From Macrostomum lignano (lineage: Eukaryota), in the NCBI GenBank assembly GCA_002269645.1, contig NIVC01001463.1, positions 62,001 to 126,000 on the forward strand: a stretch of DNA of 64,000 bases, read 5' to 3'. Under the pieces are notes generated by a model. The model was not told where the DNA came from. It did not search any database and was given only the letters and a program-made list of their open reading frames with translations. Positions 38,316 to 51,774 of this stretch are shown in pieces. The translations under genes were made by a program, and so were the position numbers. Positions within the stretch are counted from its first letter, which is position 1. Each line of letters starts with the position of its first letter.

Positions 38316-38799
38316 GGAAGAATCAGGATCTGTGCATTTGGGGTGAGGTTGTGTAATCCTGAAGCCTACACCGGTTGTTTTGTTCGCTTCTTTTCGCATC
38401 CAAATACGCTACTGCATAAGTAGTTGTGAGCGCAGAATAATAATAAAAATAATAAACCTTGTTTTGTTCTCAAATCTCAAAGTTTTGGAGTTATAAAATT
38501 TGACAACAATTTGCAGGACAATGAGTAAACTCACTCTTGTACAGTAATAACTCTGTTCGAAAAAATAGTGTTTTGTAGACGAACATATTAGAGATACATT
38601 GAAAACATACATTTCACATATTTTACTTTGTTTACACGAATAATTTAAGCAATTCAATGAATGACAAGGACACTTATAATACTATGCCTTAGTCAGCTAG
38701 TGCAATAGATAGTTAAGGCCTGATAGTTATCTCCAGGTGGCAGAGTCTCTTCGATTAGATTGATTTTTTCAACTTTTTTTCTATGGGTATGGAAACTAT

Positions 38800-38985
38800 G
38801 GCAATGGGGACCTCTAATCCAAGAGGTATCTTAGTTGCTATGGCAATGGGATCTCTAATCCAAGAGGTATCTTAGTTACTATGGCAATGGGGATCTCTAA
38901 TCCAAGAGGTATCTTAGTTGCTATGGCAATGGGATCTCTAATCCAAGAGGTATCTTAGTTGCTATGGCAATAGGTACCTCGAATC
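38800..38985. repeat. 41-bp minisatellite containing an X-box-like motif
   Basis: Unit CTATGGCAATGGGATCTCTAATCCAAGAGGTATCTTAGTTG, 4-5 copies. Confidence 0.9.
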
Positions 38986-39106
38986 TAATTCAATCCCGGT
39001 TGCTATTGGAACTAATTAACGAATCGTCAATCTAGTCGCTATTCGGGTTCAGTGATTAGGCACCAGCAATTGGAATTCGACTCAACATCCAGCAATAATT
39101 GCCTGA

Positions 39107-42100
39107 TTAAACGTTCACGCGAAACAGTCGGACGCAGAACCGGGATCGAGTCTCGGACCAACCGACCACAGCCAGGCGGTCCAGCTCCGGGTCCCACATG
39201 ACGCACTGCGGCCCGCAACAGAGCGAGTCTGCGGGCATGCGGCTGGCCGCCATGTAGTCGCCAAGTCGATGCAAAATCGGCGCCGTCGACGAGTCGACGA
39301 ATTCGAATCGGTAGCAGCGGAGCAGCCGGTCGCAGGAGCTCGAGACGAATAGGAGGCAGCGGGTTGGATCGTAGGCGAGGTACTTGGCGCCGGGCGACAG
39401 GTCGTCACCTGCGGGGAATGGGGAAAAAAGGCGTTGCTATAGAAACCGATAATGCAAAAAAACGCTATCGCTATAGCTACTTGTCTCCATTGAAACTAAA
39501 CGATAAAGCTGGTCACCATGGCAACTAAAAGATCACCCAGAAACTGGTTTCGCAATAGCAACCAACCAACCCTAAGCTGTTGATAACATAGCAGCTAAAA
39601 AACACACCGAGGCTACTGTCGCCATAGCAACTGACCAAGCCAAAGCTACTGTCGCCATAGGAACAGACCAAGCCAAAGCTACTGTCGCCATAGCAACCGA
39701 CCAAGCCAAAGCTACAGTCACCATAGCAACCAACCAAACCAAAGCTACTGTCACCATAGCCACTAAAACATCTTGCTAAAACTACTGTCGCCAGTGAAGC
39801 TAATCTAAGTAAGCCGGTTTTTATACTTTTTTCAAAAGACGGGTTCCCATAGCAACCATTTCTTTTCAGTTATAAATTGGTAACCGACCGCATTCGGCCA
39901 CGATTTTCATTGTGGACAATTCGAACACGCAGATGCCGGCGTCGAGGTTGGACACGAACAGGTACTGCACCGCGCCGTCATTGAAGGCCTGGCTGGTACA
40001 GCAGTCGAACGGCCGCCACAGTGCGCCGAAGCGTTGAGGATTGTCCAGGAAGGGATCGCGAGTCTGAGCGGCGGGCGTGGAGTCGGGTGAGCGGGTCGGG
40101 AGTATCAGAGTGCAGCTGTAGAGTTACTTGCTTTACATGCTTTTGAGATGGAACTTTTATGATTTATATGGAGCTTACATGCTGTAAGATGGAGCTTACA
40201 TGCTATAATTTGAGCGTACACGCTATAATTTGAGCTTACATGCTATAATTTGAGCTTACATGCTATAATTTGAGCTTACATGCTATAATTTGATGGATGC
40301 TGTAAGATGGAGCCTACATGCTGTAAGATGGAGCCTACATGCTGTAAGATGGAGCCTACATGCTGTAAGATGGAGCCTACATGCTGTAAGATGGAGCTTA
40401 CATGCTGTAAAATGGAGCTTACATGCTGTAAGATGGAGCTTACATGCTGTAAGATGGACCTTACATGCTGTAAGATGGAGCTTACATGCTGTAAGATGGA
40501 GCCTACATGCTGTAAGATGGACCTTACATGCTGTAAGATGGAGCTTACATGCTGTAAGATGGAGCTTACATGCTGTAAGATGGACCTTACATGCTGTAAG
40601 ATGGAGCCTACATGCTGTAAGATGGAGCCTACATGCTGTAAGATGGAGCCTACATGCTGTAAGATGGAGCTTACATGCTGTAAGATGGAGCTTACATGCT
40701 GTAAGATGGAGCTTACATGCTGTAAGATGGAGCTTACATGCTGTAAGATGGAGCCTACATGCTGTAAGATGGACCTTACATGCTGTAAGATGGAGCCTAC
40801 ATGTTGTAAGATGGAGCCTACATGTAAGATGGAGCCTACATGCTGTAAGATGGACCTTACATGCTGTAAGATGGAGCTTACATGCTGTAAGATGGAGCTT
40901 AAATGCCGTAAGATGGCGCTTACATGCTCTAAGACGGATCTTGCATGATTTAGTGGGAGCTTACCTGCTACGATGGAGTTTATATGCTCTAAGATGAAAC
41001 TGAATGCTTTAAGGTGGATCTTACATTATTTAGATAGATTTTACATGCTATCAGATGGAGCATATTCGTGTACATGCTTTTAATCCTTCCATTCTTTTAC
41101 TTGCATGGTTTTTTCGTTCAAATACAAGCCAAGCACGCTAAGCTGTCGCCTGTGAATCAGAATCAGCTCGAAAGGTCAAAGCGTCTCACCGAAAACCTGA
41201 GTACGCAGTTCATCTCCTGGTTGGTGCCGTACAGGTACTGGCAGGCTCTGTCGGCTGTCACAGACGACAGACAGCCCTGCGGGTAGGAGACTTCGGCCAT
41301 CTCGCGGACGAACATGAACTCGTCGTAGACGGCCAGGACAGACGACGTGTGACAGCGGGCGATCACGTAGAAATTTAAATCCTTGGTCTGGACACAGTCG
41401 CAGCCCAGGGTCTCCCAGGAGATCTCCTGGTGTGTGGGATTAGACTGCTGAATGACCCACTGCTGAATGACTCACTGCTGAGTGACCCACTGCTGAATGA
41501 CTCACTGCTAAGTGACCCACTGCTGAATGACTCACTGCTGAATGACCCACTGCTGAATGACCCACTGCTGAATGAATCACTGCTAAGTGACCCACTGCTG
41601 AATGACTCACTGCTGAGTGACCCACTGCTGAATGACCCACTGCTGAATGACCCACTGCTGAATGACCCACTGCTGAATGACCCACTGCTGAATGACTCAC
41701 TGCTAAGTGACCCACTGCTGCATGACTCACTGCTGAATGACCCACTGCTGAATGACCCACTGCTGAATGACCCACTGCTGAATGACCCACTGCTGAGTGA
41801 CCCACTGATGAATGACTCACTGCTAAGTGACCCACTGCTGAATGACCCACTGCTGAATGACTCACTGCTGAATGACCCACTGCTGAATGACCCACTGCTG
41901 AATGACCCACTGCTGAATGACCCACTGCTGAATGACCCACTGCTGAATGACCCACTGCTGAATGACCCACTGCTGAATGACCCACTGCTGAATGACCCAC
42001 TGCTGAATGACTCACTGCTGAATGACCCACTGCTGAATGACTCACTGCTGAATGGCCCACTGCTGAATGACCCACTGCTGAATGACCCACTGCTTATTGA

Positions 42101-42586
42101 GTAGATGGGGATGCTGACCCACTAGCTGACTACATCACAGTACGGTAAGTAGTCTGCATAGGTCATAGGTCAAACGTTGACATTAGAATCTACATGTAAA
42201 GCGCAAAACAGTCAGCATATCCCCACCTGCAGACTGTACAGCTCAGAATCCTGGCAGACTGTCATCTCCTGGAAGCCGTTCTTGCCGTACAGCAGATACC
42301 GCAGCCCCGAATAGGGCAGGTGCCGCATCCTCACCGGATGGTACGGCAGGTCCAGCTTGCCGATGTACAGCAGATCGAATCCGTGGTTCGCAATGTGCCG
42401 GGGCAGACACTGATTTGCAGCCTGACCGAGGCTCTCCTCACGGTCTGTCGCCGCTGTCGTGGACGATATCGCCGACTGTGGAGGCGGCGAAGATGACGCG
42501 GATAGCCGCGATGCCTCATCAGCATCCGCTACTGATGACTTCGCCGATGTGATGCTGGGCTCGCCAGCTGTGCCCGGCTCGGTCAT
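39107..42586 (-). CDS. Uncharacterised Cys-rich putative beta-propeller (NHL/YVTN-like) protein, 4 exons, 357 aa
   Basis: Exons 42586-42227, 41426-41190, 40063-39889, 39408-39107; GT-AG, phases 0,0,1, total 1074 nt ending in TAA. Blade-like segments YLYGTNQEMNCVLRF, YLFVSNLDAGICVFEL, YLAYDPTRCLLFVSSSCDRLLRCY, VMWDPELDRLAVV. GC-rich codon usage like the USP24 exons. Confidence 0.75.
39540..39800. repeat. 33-bp minisatellite of X-box motifs (intron 3 of the beta-propeller gene)
   Basis: Unit GCTACTGTCGCCATAGCAACCGACCAAGCCAAA. Confidence 0.9.
40165..40990. repeat. 21-bp minisatellite (intron 2 of the beta-propeller gene)
   Basis: Unit CATGCTGTAAGATGGAGC(C/T)TA. Confidence 0.96.
41445..42095. 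repeat. 15-bp minisatellite (intron 1 of the beta-propeller gene)
   Basis: Unit CCACTGCTGAATGAC. Confidence 0.96.
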
Positions 42587-42839
42587 GTCCTGTTTAACAG
42601 CCCGGTTACCTATTGTTGAGCGTGTCAGTCTGCCCTGGCTTTTTTATCCTTCTGTTGTGCTTGCTGGATATTTGACGTCTGTTAATTTGCACTACATGTA
42701 TTATAATTAATTCGCTAAAATGCTGTGTGTGGCAGTTCGGACCATAGACAGGCGCAATCTCTGGGCAAGTTAGTGCTTGCTAACTAATCTTACCAAATCA
42801 GGTATGCCTAGGGTCGGCAAGATTCTTTATCTCGAGGGC

Positions 42840-43525
<686 letters not shown>

Positions 43526-44520
43526 ACACTGTAGGATCGAAGTCGTAATTCGTTAAAAGATTAATTAAAGTGGAAAACCAGGCTAATTGATTGAATTTTG
43601 CACAGACAGGCAATAATTTCAATTGAAATCCTCATACAGTATATTAAATATGTACATAAGCAGGCTGAAGGCAAATTTCACATATTGACAAGCTACAGAT
43701 TGCTATGGAAACCTTAAGACACGCCAGCACATATAAAACAATGGCTGTTTGGCAGTGAAATTCGGGGCACCAAGAGTAATATAAAAAGTTAAAAGTTGAT
43801 TAAAATCGCAGCAAACACGTGGAACCATCGGAAGTTCGAAAAAATGGTTGGGACTGGCAATATTTGAGACATACTTAGTAAATTGAGCAGCTTGATTTAA
43901 GAAACAAATTTACCTTTTAATAATTAATGACGGCAGAAATGTTTGGGAGAGCTTAAGATGCAGATTCAATAAATGCCCAATAAAATTTCAAAAAAAATTG
44001 GCTTAGAAAATAAACAGCTTAGAAAATAAACAACTGCATGACAGTGGACAGTTATTTGGTTTCATTGCCAACCTCAGCACCAACTGAAAGAGATGGCATA
44101 CAGCTATTGATAGTTAAAGTTAGGAGAATGTACACAGACAGACTGGCAAATCGTTGATTTAATGCGTAGCATTATGAACAGGATTAGACACGCATTCAGA
44201 TGCAACTAATGAATCAATGATGATTAATTACTAATAACAAAGCATTGCTACACATATATATCGTAAATATGCTTATATGGGAGTATCGTTGCTACAAACA
44301 AACCGCGCCTGACAGCAAAACCGGAAAAGTGTACATGCTGTGCAGGCCAGCGGGATCGTGGGAGATGTGAGAAAAATAGAGACTGCTATGACTATTCCAT
44401 TCATCAAATCCAAAGCGTTGATTTTGTGTTTAACGAGACGGGCTTTTTGTTTTGTTAATTTGCTAGGACTAGCTGCAGGATCTGTGGAGTCTCTGCGTCT
44501 CTGTCAAGAAGTGTGCACTC

Positions 44521-44846
44521 TTAGATCACGGCGTAGCGAAATTCTTGCTTCACAGATCGCCGAATATCCGTGAGATCCGGGAAGTCGAAGGCCTGCTGCT
44601 GACTTGACAGCGGAGCCGGCTCTGTCACCAGACCGCCCGAGCAGCCCTCCGGCGACAGGTAGGCCTCCAGATCTGGCAGGGTGCCAAAGTCGGTGAAGTA
44701 ATCGCATGGCAGCAGGTCCGGCAGGCAGGGCAGCTCGCCGGCCGCAGTTGACAGCGCAGTGGAAGGCGCCGATGATGAAGCCAGGATGCTGCGCAATGCC
44801 GGGTCTTTTATAGCTAGTTGATGCTGCTGCTGTTGCTGCTGTTGCA

Positions 44847-44893
<47 letters not shown>

Positions 44894-47328
44894 AGCGGCG
44901 GAGACAGAGCTGGCAGACCAGTCGAAGACGGAGCTGCAGAATACGAAGCAGCTTCCGATAGTGACACTGGAATCTGCTGCCGCTGCTGCTGCTGCGGGGT
45001 GGTCCACACCGAGCCAAACGGCAAGCAATTGGCGCTCATGGAGACTGCCGCTGCCGCTGCCGCAGCCTGCGGCGAAGTCTCTACGCTAAGCGGCAGCTGC
45101 AGGCCATCAATGTTGTCAACGTCGGGTGACTCGGCGCTGAGATACGGCGACACCGACTGTGGCATCGGGTGATGAAGCTGCTGATATGGCTGAAGCTGCT
45201 GCTGCTGCTGCTGCTGCTGATTAAACTGCCGCTGACGGGCTGCATACCGGTTGTTATTGTTGCTGCTGCTGCTGTCATGGTGACATTCGCGCTAAAGTGA
45301 AGGGGGTTGCAAGAAAGTAACTATTAGGCTAAGGCCCTGTTGAGCGCTGAAACCCCTGAGCACGCACGCAGAATGAGTAAGCCGGAACCAGACTCAAAGT
45401 TTTGGGTGTACAGTACATCTTTACTCAAATTATCTCTCAAGTATTCTTCTTAGGTAGTTGATTAATACGGGACAAGGAGAACTTTGGTGCGAGGGTCCAA
45501 GCCTTAGCAACTAACCTTAGCCACTGGCGCCTCGTCGGGTTCCTCGACTTCCAGATCCTCTTCCTGGCGTTGCTGCTGCTGTTGACTGGCTCGCTTCTTC
45601 TGTCGCGGCTTGTACTTCCACTCGGGAAACTGCAGCTTGTGGAACTCTTTTAATCGTTCGCTTTCCTCGCGCACCAGATCCTTCTCCTCCGGGGTGATGA
45701 CGCTCTGCCAGATCGGCGCCAGCACTGAGGTCAGGGCCGCCTGGTTCACCTCCGGGAAGTCCTCCATAACAACTGAGGCCGCGTGCATGCGGAATATCTG
45801 CCGGAGTAAAGCGATATTCTTTTTTTAATGAATTGTTAATTAAGTTTATACTATGCGCGTAGTCTACTCAAAGTAGAAATATGGACATTTTAAAACTCCG
45901 CTTCAAAATAAACTATTCAATTTTGAATTAGTCGATCTTAGAAATCAAGAAATAAATAAATAATTTTATTAGAAATTCTGTCAGCTGTGTCTGGTCTCCC
46001 AGATTCTTCATCAATAATTCAGCCTCTGTATGGCACGCTGGGAGGCTGTGTAAGTACCGAACAGACAGGGAATGTGATAAGGGGGGGGGGGGTATTGCGT
46101 CTCCCTCCTCGCTCTGGTATGGAGGAATTTCAAGTAGCGTTGAGTGGCTCTAGATTTTAAAATAGGGCCCATATAGCAAGTAATAATAATATAAGTATAA
46201 GATTTATATATATGACTTAGTTTGTTAGCAGAGTGATTCACTGATTGCACGATGGATGCGCAGTATAGCAAGTATGAACATAAAATATGTGTATGGAGTA
46301 TTTTGTAGACCGCTGTGCTGGCGCGAGACTCTCATTGAAATGGTTAAATAGAAAGAATTTTAGATAGCCTGCCTGGGCAAGTCTCGAACCTTTTCATTTG
46401 CACTTTTACTTTAACTTGTTTCCACTGGTCACAGTTAACATTGTTTAAATGATACTAGATCGATAAAATGTTTCATTAAAAAAAAACAAGAAAGAATAGA
46501 AAATTACGAGCGTATAATTCTAGATATTCTCATGGACCTAATTGTTTATCGACTGTTATTACTTATTTTTTATAAATGTAATCGCAAGCTTCGTTCTTTG
46601 ATTTGTTTAAACAAATTTGAAGGCATTTTAATTACTTTATGTTAACCATAAGATTTATTTATTCAATTCTAATTAATGTTGAGCATTATAAAACTACAAA
46701 AGGTGATACTGCCACAAATCGCCACAAATAATCAGTAGCCACCAACATTGTGTAGACTTTAGTTTTCGTAAACAATAAATGTCTTTTTGTTATACTTTTA
46801 CATTGTTTCTTGGAAATGAAACACGAGCATCAGGACTATGATAATGATAGCTAAACTGTTTCGTGAGCAAAAGCTAATTTTTTTTCAGAAATTATCTACC
46901 ATTGCCAGTGGGTAAAAACGAATGGTTTCATTTTTAACAAAAATTAATGGCGCAAATTAAAAAAATTTATGCGTGAACTAATCTAATTGTAAGTAAAAGT
47001 TCCAAAGACTTACCATCCACATATTCGGCGGCCGTTTAGTGAGGCCAGGCCTTTTCTTACTATTCGGGTCTCGGCCGCCGAACTTCATAGCGGCCGTGTA
47101 CGGCTCCGGGTGCTTCAGCGGCTCGGCGACGCCGTCAGATGGCCATCGGCCTTCGGGGAACAGGTGCCGACGATTGTCGAGAATCTCGCGTTGAACAATG
47201 CGCTTGATCTTCTCTATCTGGGCCAGATCGTTGGTAGGCTTATTCGTGTTGTTGTTGTTGGCACCTCCGCTGTTGTTGCGCTTCTGCTGGTGCTGATGGC
47301 CGGACACCTGGCTATTGCTGCTGCTCAT
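44521..47328 (-). CDS. Divergent sequence-specific HMG-box (Sox/TCF/MATA-type) transcription factor, 3 exons, 455 aa
   Basis: Exons 47328-47014, 45797-45516, 45291-44521 (phase 0,0; 1368 nt). Spliced HMG box KRPPNMWM|IFRMHAASVVMEDFPEVNQAALTSVLAPIWQSVITPEEKDLVREESERLKEFHKLQFPEWKYKPRQKKR; polyQ and an acidic-hydrophobic C-terminus. Confidence 0.85.
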
Positions 47329-47700
47329 AGTTGTTTAGCTGTGTTGGAAGTTGATGTTTAAGTTTTTCAGAGTCTACTGGATCAAAGGGAGTCAGTCGCG
47401 TTATTGTAGCTAAATAATAATTACGACGTTTAAGTACGGGCCATAAATGACTGACTGACTTGTACGGACTGGATCTCAGTTTCGCTGCTTTCTATTATAT
47501 CTCTCTGGCTGGCTGAAGAAGGTGAGGGCCTCTCCTCTGTCTTAGTCGGACTGGGGGCCTATGTTATAAAGCTGGAATAAGGGAATGGGGGTTGCTCTCG
47601 CCACCCACCCCGTCCGTCCCCTCTCTGGAGTGACCCACCTCCCCTTCCCGTCCATCGAGAAAGGGAAGGAACCAGGGGTGGACGGGTGGGGGGTAAAAGT

Positions 47701-47716
47701 GGGCGGACCAATGAGC
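47701..47716. promoter_or_regulatory. GC box + CCAAT box upstream of the HMG gene
   Basis: GGGCGGACCAATGAGC about 375 bp upstream of the ATG, in a GC-rich island. Confidence 0.35.
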
Positions 47717-48959
47717 GTGGCCCGGAACCAACTTGAAGTGACGAATACTCAGCTCTTCGTTCGCGTTACCTAAAACTAAAACCTGTGTAATTCTTACCGA
47801 GCCGAAAAACCATTTTAATACAAAATTCGCCCCTTCCTTGCATGGGGTAAATTAAACTGCAAAATAACTAATTTAAAAATTTGACCGACTTGAACAATTT
47901 ATATATTACACTGACGGATTCAGGGGGAGAGGGGTTAAGGGGTTGGCTGACCCTCCTCCGAGAAAACTCAGCTATTCATGACCCCGGTTCCGAGGACACC
48001 ATGATAGGTACCAGTGCCCCTCTCCCCTCCTCTCAAAAAATTCCCCCTTCCCTTGGCCTTCCCCTAAGCTGCCCTTGGTTCCCTCGGGAATAAACCCGAA
48101 TCCACGGGGGTCAAGGGGTCGATTGAACCTCCCCCTAGAGAAAATTAGGGGAGTCATGACCCCCCGGGAAAGGTCTTGGATCCAAGAGAAGGTCGCTTGA
48201 CCCACTGAGAAAAATCCCCGGAAAAAAATCCGGGGAACGCCACAGTATATACATATTTAAATTATCTGACCTCATTCTTCTTACTTTCTTAGAAATAGTA
48301 CACACAATATATAGGAAGCGCAATGGTTTGGTTTCTCTGTTTATTTCCAAATAAATTTGCCTAGAACAAACAACATTAGGCACTGGCGGAACAGGCGAGC
48401 TATAATAATGATGAAGGCATCGAGTTTCCATCCATAATTATTTTTGATTGAAAAACCGTTCTGTTATATAATAGTGTAATGGAAATGTCAACATCCATAG
48501 CCAGACTAGCGTAAAAATGGGATTGACCGAGACTGATGCTTAAAATAAACCAAAGGTGTTACCCCCAGTTAAATAGATCGACTTCTTTTCAATTATAAAA
48601 AAGGCCTTAGGTATTGTTGTTGTTGCGTGTACAGTAAAAAAGATACTCGTATGATGCCATTGCAGTATAACATTTTTCGATAATTAGCACCTCATTTTAA
48701 ATCTGTCATATTGTCGAATAGATTATATGAAGCATATTGTTGGGCAACTCTTTATTGAATTAACTTGCCACAAATGTATATTTTGTAACTGCTATTCAAT
48801 TGGCTGGATATAAGGATTGCTTAGGCGTAACTTTGTCAGGTAAATTTTCTCATTTGACTTATTTTTATAAAACTATTACTATATAACTACGAGTGCATAA
48901 TACAACCTAATTACTAGCAACAAAGCACTCTTTCACTCGTATAACTGTAGCAGTGGGAG

Positions 48960-49565
48960 AGCAGAGTGGAAGAAAGGGAGAGTAGAGAGAGAAGATAAGA
49001 AGAGGAGAGAGAGGAGAGAAGGAGAGTAGAGATGAGATAAGAAGAGTAGAGAGAGAGAAGGTAAGAAGAGTAGAGAGAGAATAAGGAGAGGAGAGAGAGA
49101 GGAGATAAGAAGAGTAGAGAGAGAAGATAAGGAGAGGAGAGAGAGAGGAGATAAGAAGAGTAGAGAGAGAAAATAAGGAGAGGAGAGAGAGAGGAGATAA
49201 GAAGAGTAGAGAGAGAAAATAAGGAGAGGAGAGAGAGAGGAGATAAGATGAGTAGAGAGAGAAGATAAGGAGAGAAGAGAGAGGAGAGAAGGAGAGTAGA
49301 GAGAGGAGAGAAGGAGAGTAGAGATGAGATAAGAAGAGTAGAGAGAGAAGATAAGGAGAGAAGAGAGAGGAGAGAAGGAGAGGAAAGAAGGAGAGTAGAG
49401 AGAGAAGATAAGGAGAGTAGAGAGAGAAGATAAGGAGAGGAGAGAGGAGATAAGGAGAGGAGAGAGAGGAGAGAAGGAAAGTAGAGATGAGAGAAGGAGA
49501 TTAGAGATGAGAGAAGGAGATTAGAGATGAGATAAGGAGATTAGAGATGAGATAAGATGGGAGGG
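48960..49565. repeat. Polypurine GA-rich low-complexity repeat
   Basis: Almost pure A/G with units such as GGAGATAAGAAGAGTAGAGAGAGA. Confidence 0.9.
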
Positions 49566-50694
49566 TGGACTACAAGCTGATCAGTATAGAACAGCTAGGG
49601 CTGCAGAGAGACACAGTAGTACAACGAACAGAATGACCCAGCAAAGCCATATAACAAATAACGCATTGCAATAGCAAGCAGAAGTTCTGTAATCAATCGG
49701 GTTCCCTGTCGGACAGAGATTTTATCACTGTGAGGAAGCAATCAGCACTGTAGCACAAACAACTGGCTCAAATTATAAATATTTATCGGAGATATGCTTT
49801 CGCATTGGTATGATGAAAACTGAAAAAAAGGAATGCTATTTTCTAACTGCGAGTTTACATCTAACAGCACCTTGAACTTCGACCAACAACCAAGAGAGAG
49901 AGAATGAAGTGCGAGCTGATTTCCACTCGAATATTGGAATTCTGTGTGCAAAGTTAATGGCTTGGGGTTAGCGAGTATTGGGAGAGGTACAAATGGTTCG
50001 GGTGTAATGGGAAGCGAAATATAAATTGGAGTTTTTACATCTTCTATATGACTATTGCTGGGGCAGAATTCGCCACTTCAGTTGTGCCGCGTCAGTTAAG
50101 AACTGATAAGAGGAGATGAAGAGGAGGCTGGAAGATGGCGATCTTGGCGTAAACAGACAGCAATTTGGGAAATCTTTTATTACATATAGTTTTCGTCTAA
50201 GCTGGAATGATGGAAACTGCACAGGATAAAGTTCGTTGGGCAATTCCATCATTAACAACCTCATCGAACTCTTTATGGTTGGGTGTAGAGAGGTGAACGG
50301 CCGGAGTAACTTTGACAGTGTTTATATGGCGGATTGCCTCGCAATCTACGATAATTAGGCGTAAAGCAAAAGTCGCAATATCTGCTTTTATCAGTCAGGT
50401 CTGACACCTTCCTCCTATCCTGCCCTTCAGATTTCCGATTGATGATGAATGAATGAATCAGAGGTGACGCTGCGTCTGTTAAAGTTAACAGTTGTTGATG
50501 AACTCATTTGAGTCACGCCTGCAAATACAGGTCCGTGTGTGCTTAGTGATAAGAGAAGTTCTTAAGCAATCCGTGCGATCGGAACCAATTCTGGTTGCTG
50601 TAACTGTTTGCTTAACTTGTAGGCGGTGGAAGAAGATTAGGCAGGAAAAGATAGAGGAAAAGCTTGATGCTCAAGGACACAAATCGTTCCAGTG

Positions 50695-50765
50695 GGATTG
50701 GGAATCGAACCCCCGACCTTTGAGCCGTGAACCCCGACGCTCTTCCGATCATCAAACAGGTTGTC
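50695..50765 (-). other. tRNA-like (SINE-head or tRNA pseudogene) fragment
   Basis: Minus strand GATCGGAAGAGCGTCGG...AAGGTCGGGGGTTCGATTCCC: D-arm-like and T-loop (B box) motifs; no clean acceptor stem. Confidence 0.45.
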
Positions 50766-50900
50766 ATGAGTAATCAACTGTCAAAATTAGCTCGGCAATT
50801 TATACTTTTTCTAGAATTCATTCCCTCTCGAAATAAATTGGTCCCCGAATTGAAAAACCCGACCTGCTGGAAACCCCCAGGGACTTCGACAGGCGGAGTC

Positions 50901-50942
<42 letters not shown>

Positions 50943-51774
50943 CCACTAAATCATGGGCACGGGAAACCCATAGGACACCATAGCCCATTACTGTATAGGA
51001 AAAGGCCTTTAATTAAAAGAATTGGAATTGGTGGGTTTGGCGGCAGGGTCGGCGGTCTCGAAAAGCTTGCTTATTGTTGAGCCTTATATCGAGAGGCTGC
51101 TGCGCTGCATGCAGCTTCCTTTTGCGATGTCGCCAGCCCTTCCTGCCTGCCTCACCCCCTCCTCCCACAGGCCAGTAGAGGCGGGCCATCTGCGGGGGAC
51201 CTCATCCCTGCTGTCAGGATCTGCTGGGTGGTCATAGTCAGAGAGAGAAATCTCCTGGGGATCCCAGTTTCCCAGTCTGACAGCACTCCTTCAAATCACT
51301 CCCCCCATATCCCGATGGCGGCATTGAAAGCAAGCAATTATGGCCTGCAACGGGGTAAAAGCCCAGCCATTCCAGTTTCCAGATCTCTGCCCCAATCTCC
51401 GCTTGGCGCCGAGCGCCTCGATTCTGTCTTATCGCATCCTGAAATCGGCACCGTCATCTATATAATAAGATGGAGTTGAAAAATGGCGGCTAAACCCCTA
51501 ATTCGTGGGCCCAACCGGTTCAACCCGGACCCCAACCCCTTCCCTCACTGTCGCAACTCTCTGTCGCTGCTGCTGCCGCTGCCACTGGCAGATCCTCACG
51601 CGCCTCCAAAATGCAGCTTATGCTTATCAGGGAGAGAGGGGAATTAGGATAATATAGGGAAGGAATAGCTCTTCTGAGCAGGTTAGGATGGGGCAAGCAT
51701 TAAAATTTTTGGGCATTAATTTCTGTTCGACCCCTGACCGGAGCTGATAAGAATTTTAGGTTGGGATCGAATTA

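Noticed and set aside
40064-40115. Alternative upstream acceptor (TACAG|C) for exon 3 of the beta-propeller gene
   Set aside because: It needs a weak phase-2 donor (CAG|GTTTTC). The CTCAG|ACT acceptor with a C-rich tract fits the strong phase-0 donor TCG|GTGAGA better.
50735-50750. CGACGCTCTTCCGATC, a 16-nt match to the Illumina adapter
   Set aside because: It sits in register within a tRNA-like D-arm/T-loop sequence, and the flanking adapter bases do not continue; more likely coincidence than contamination.
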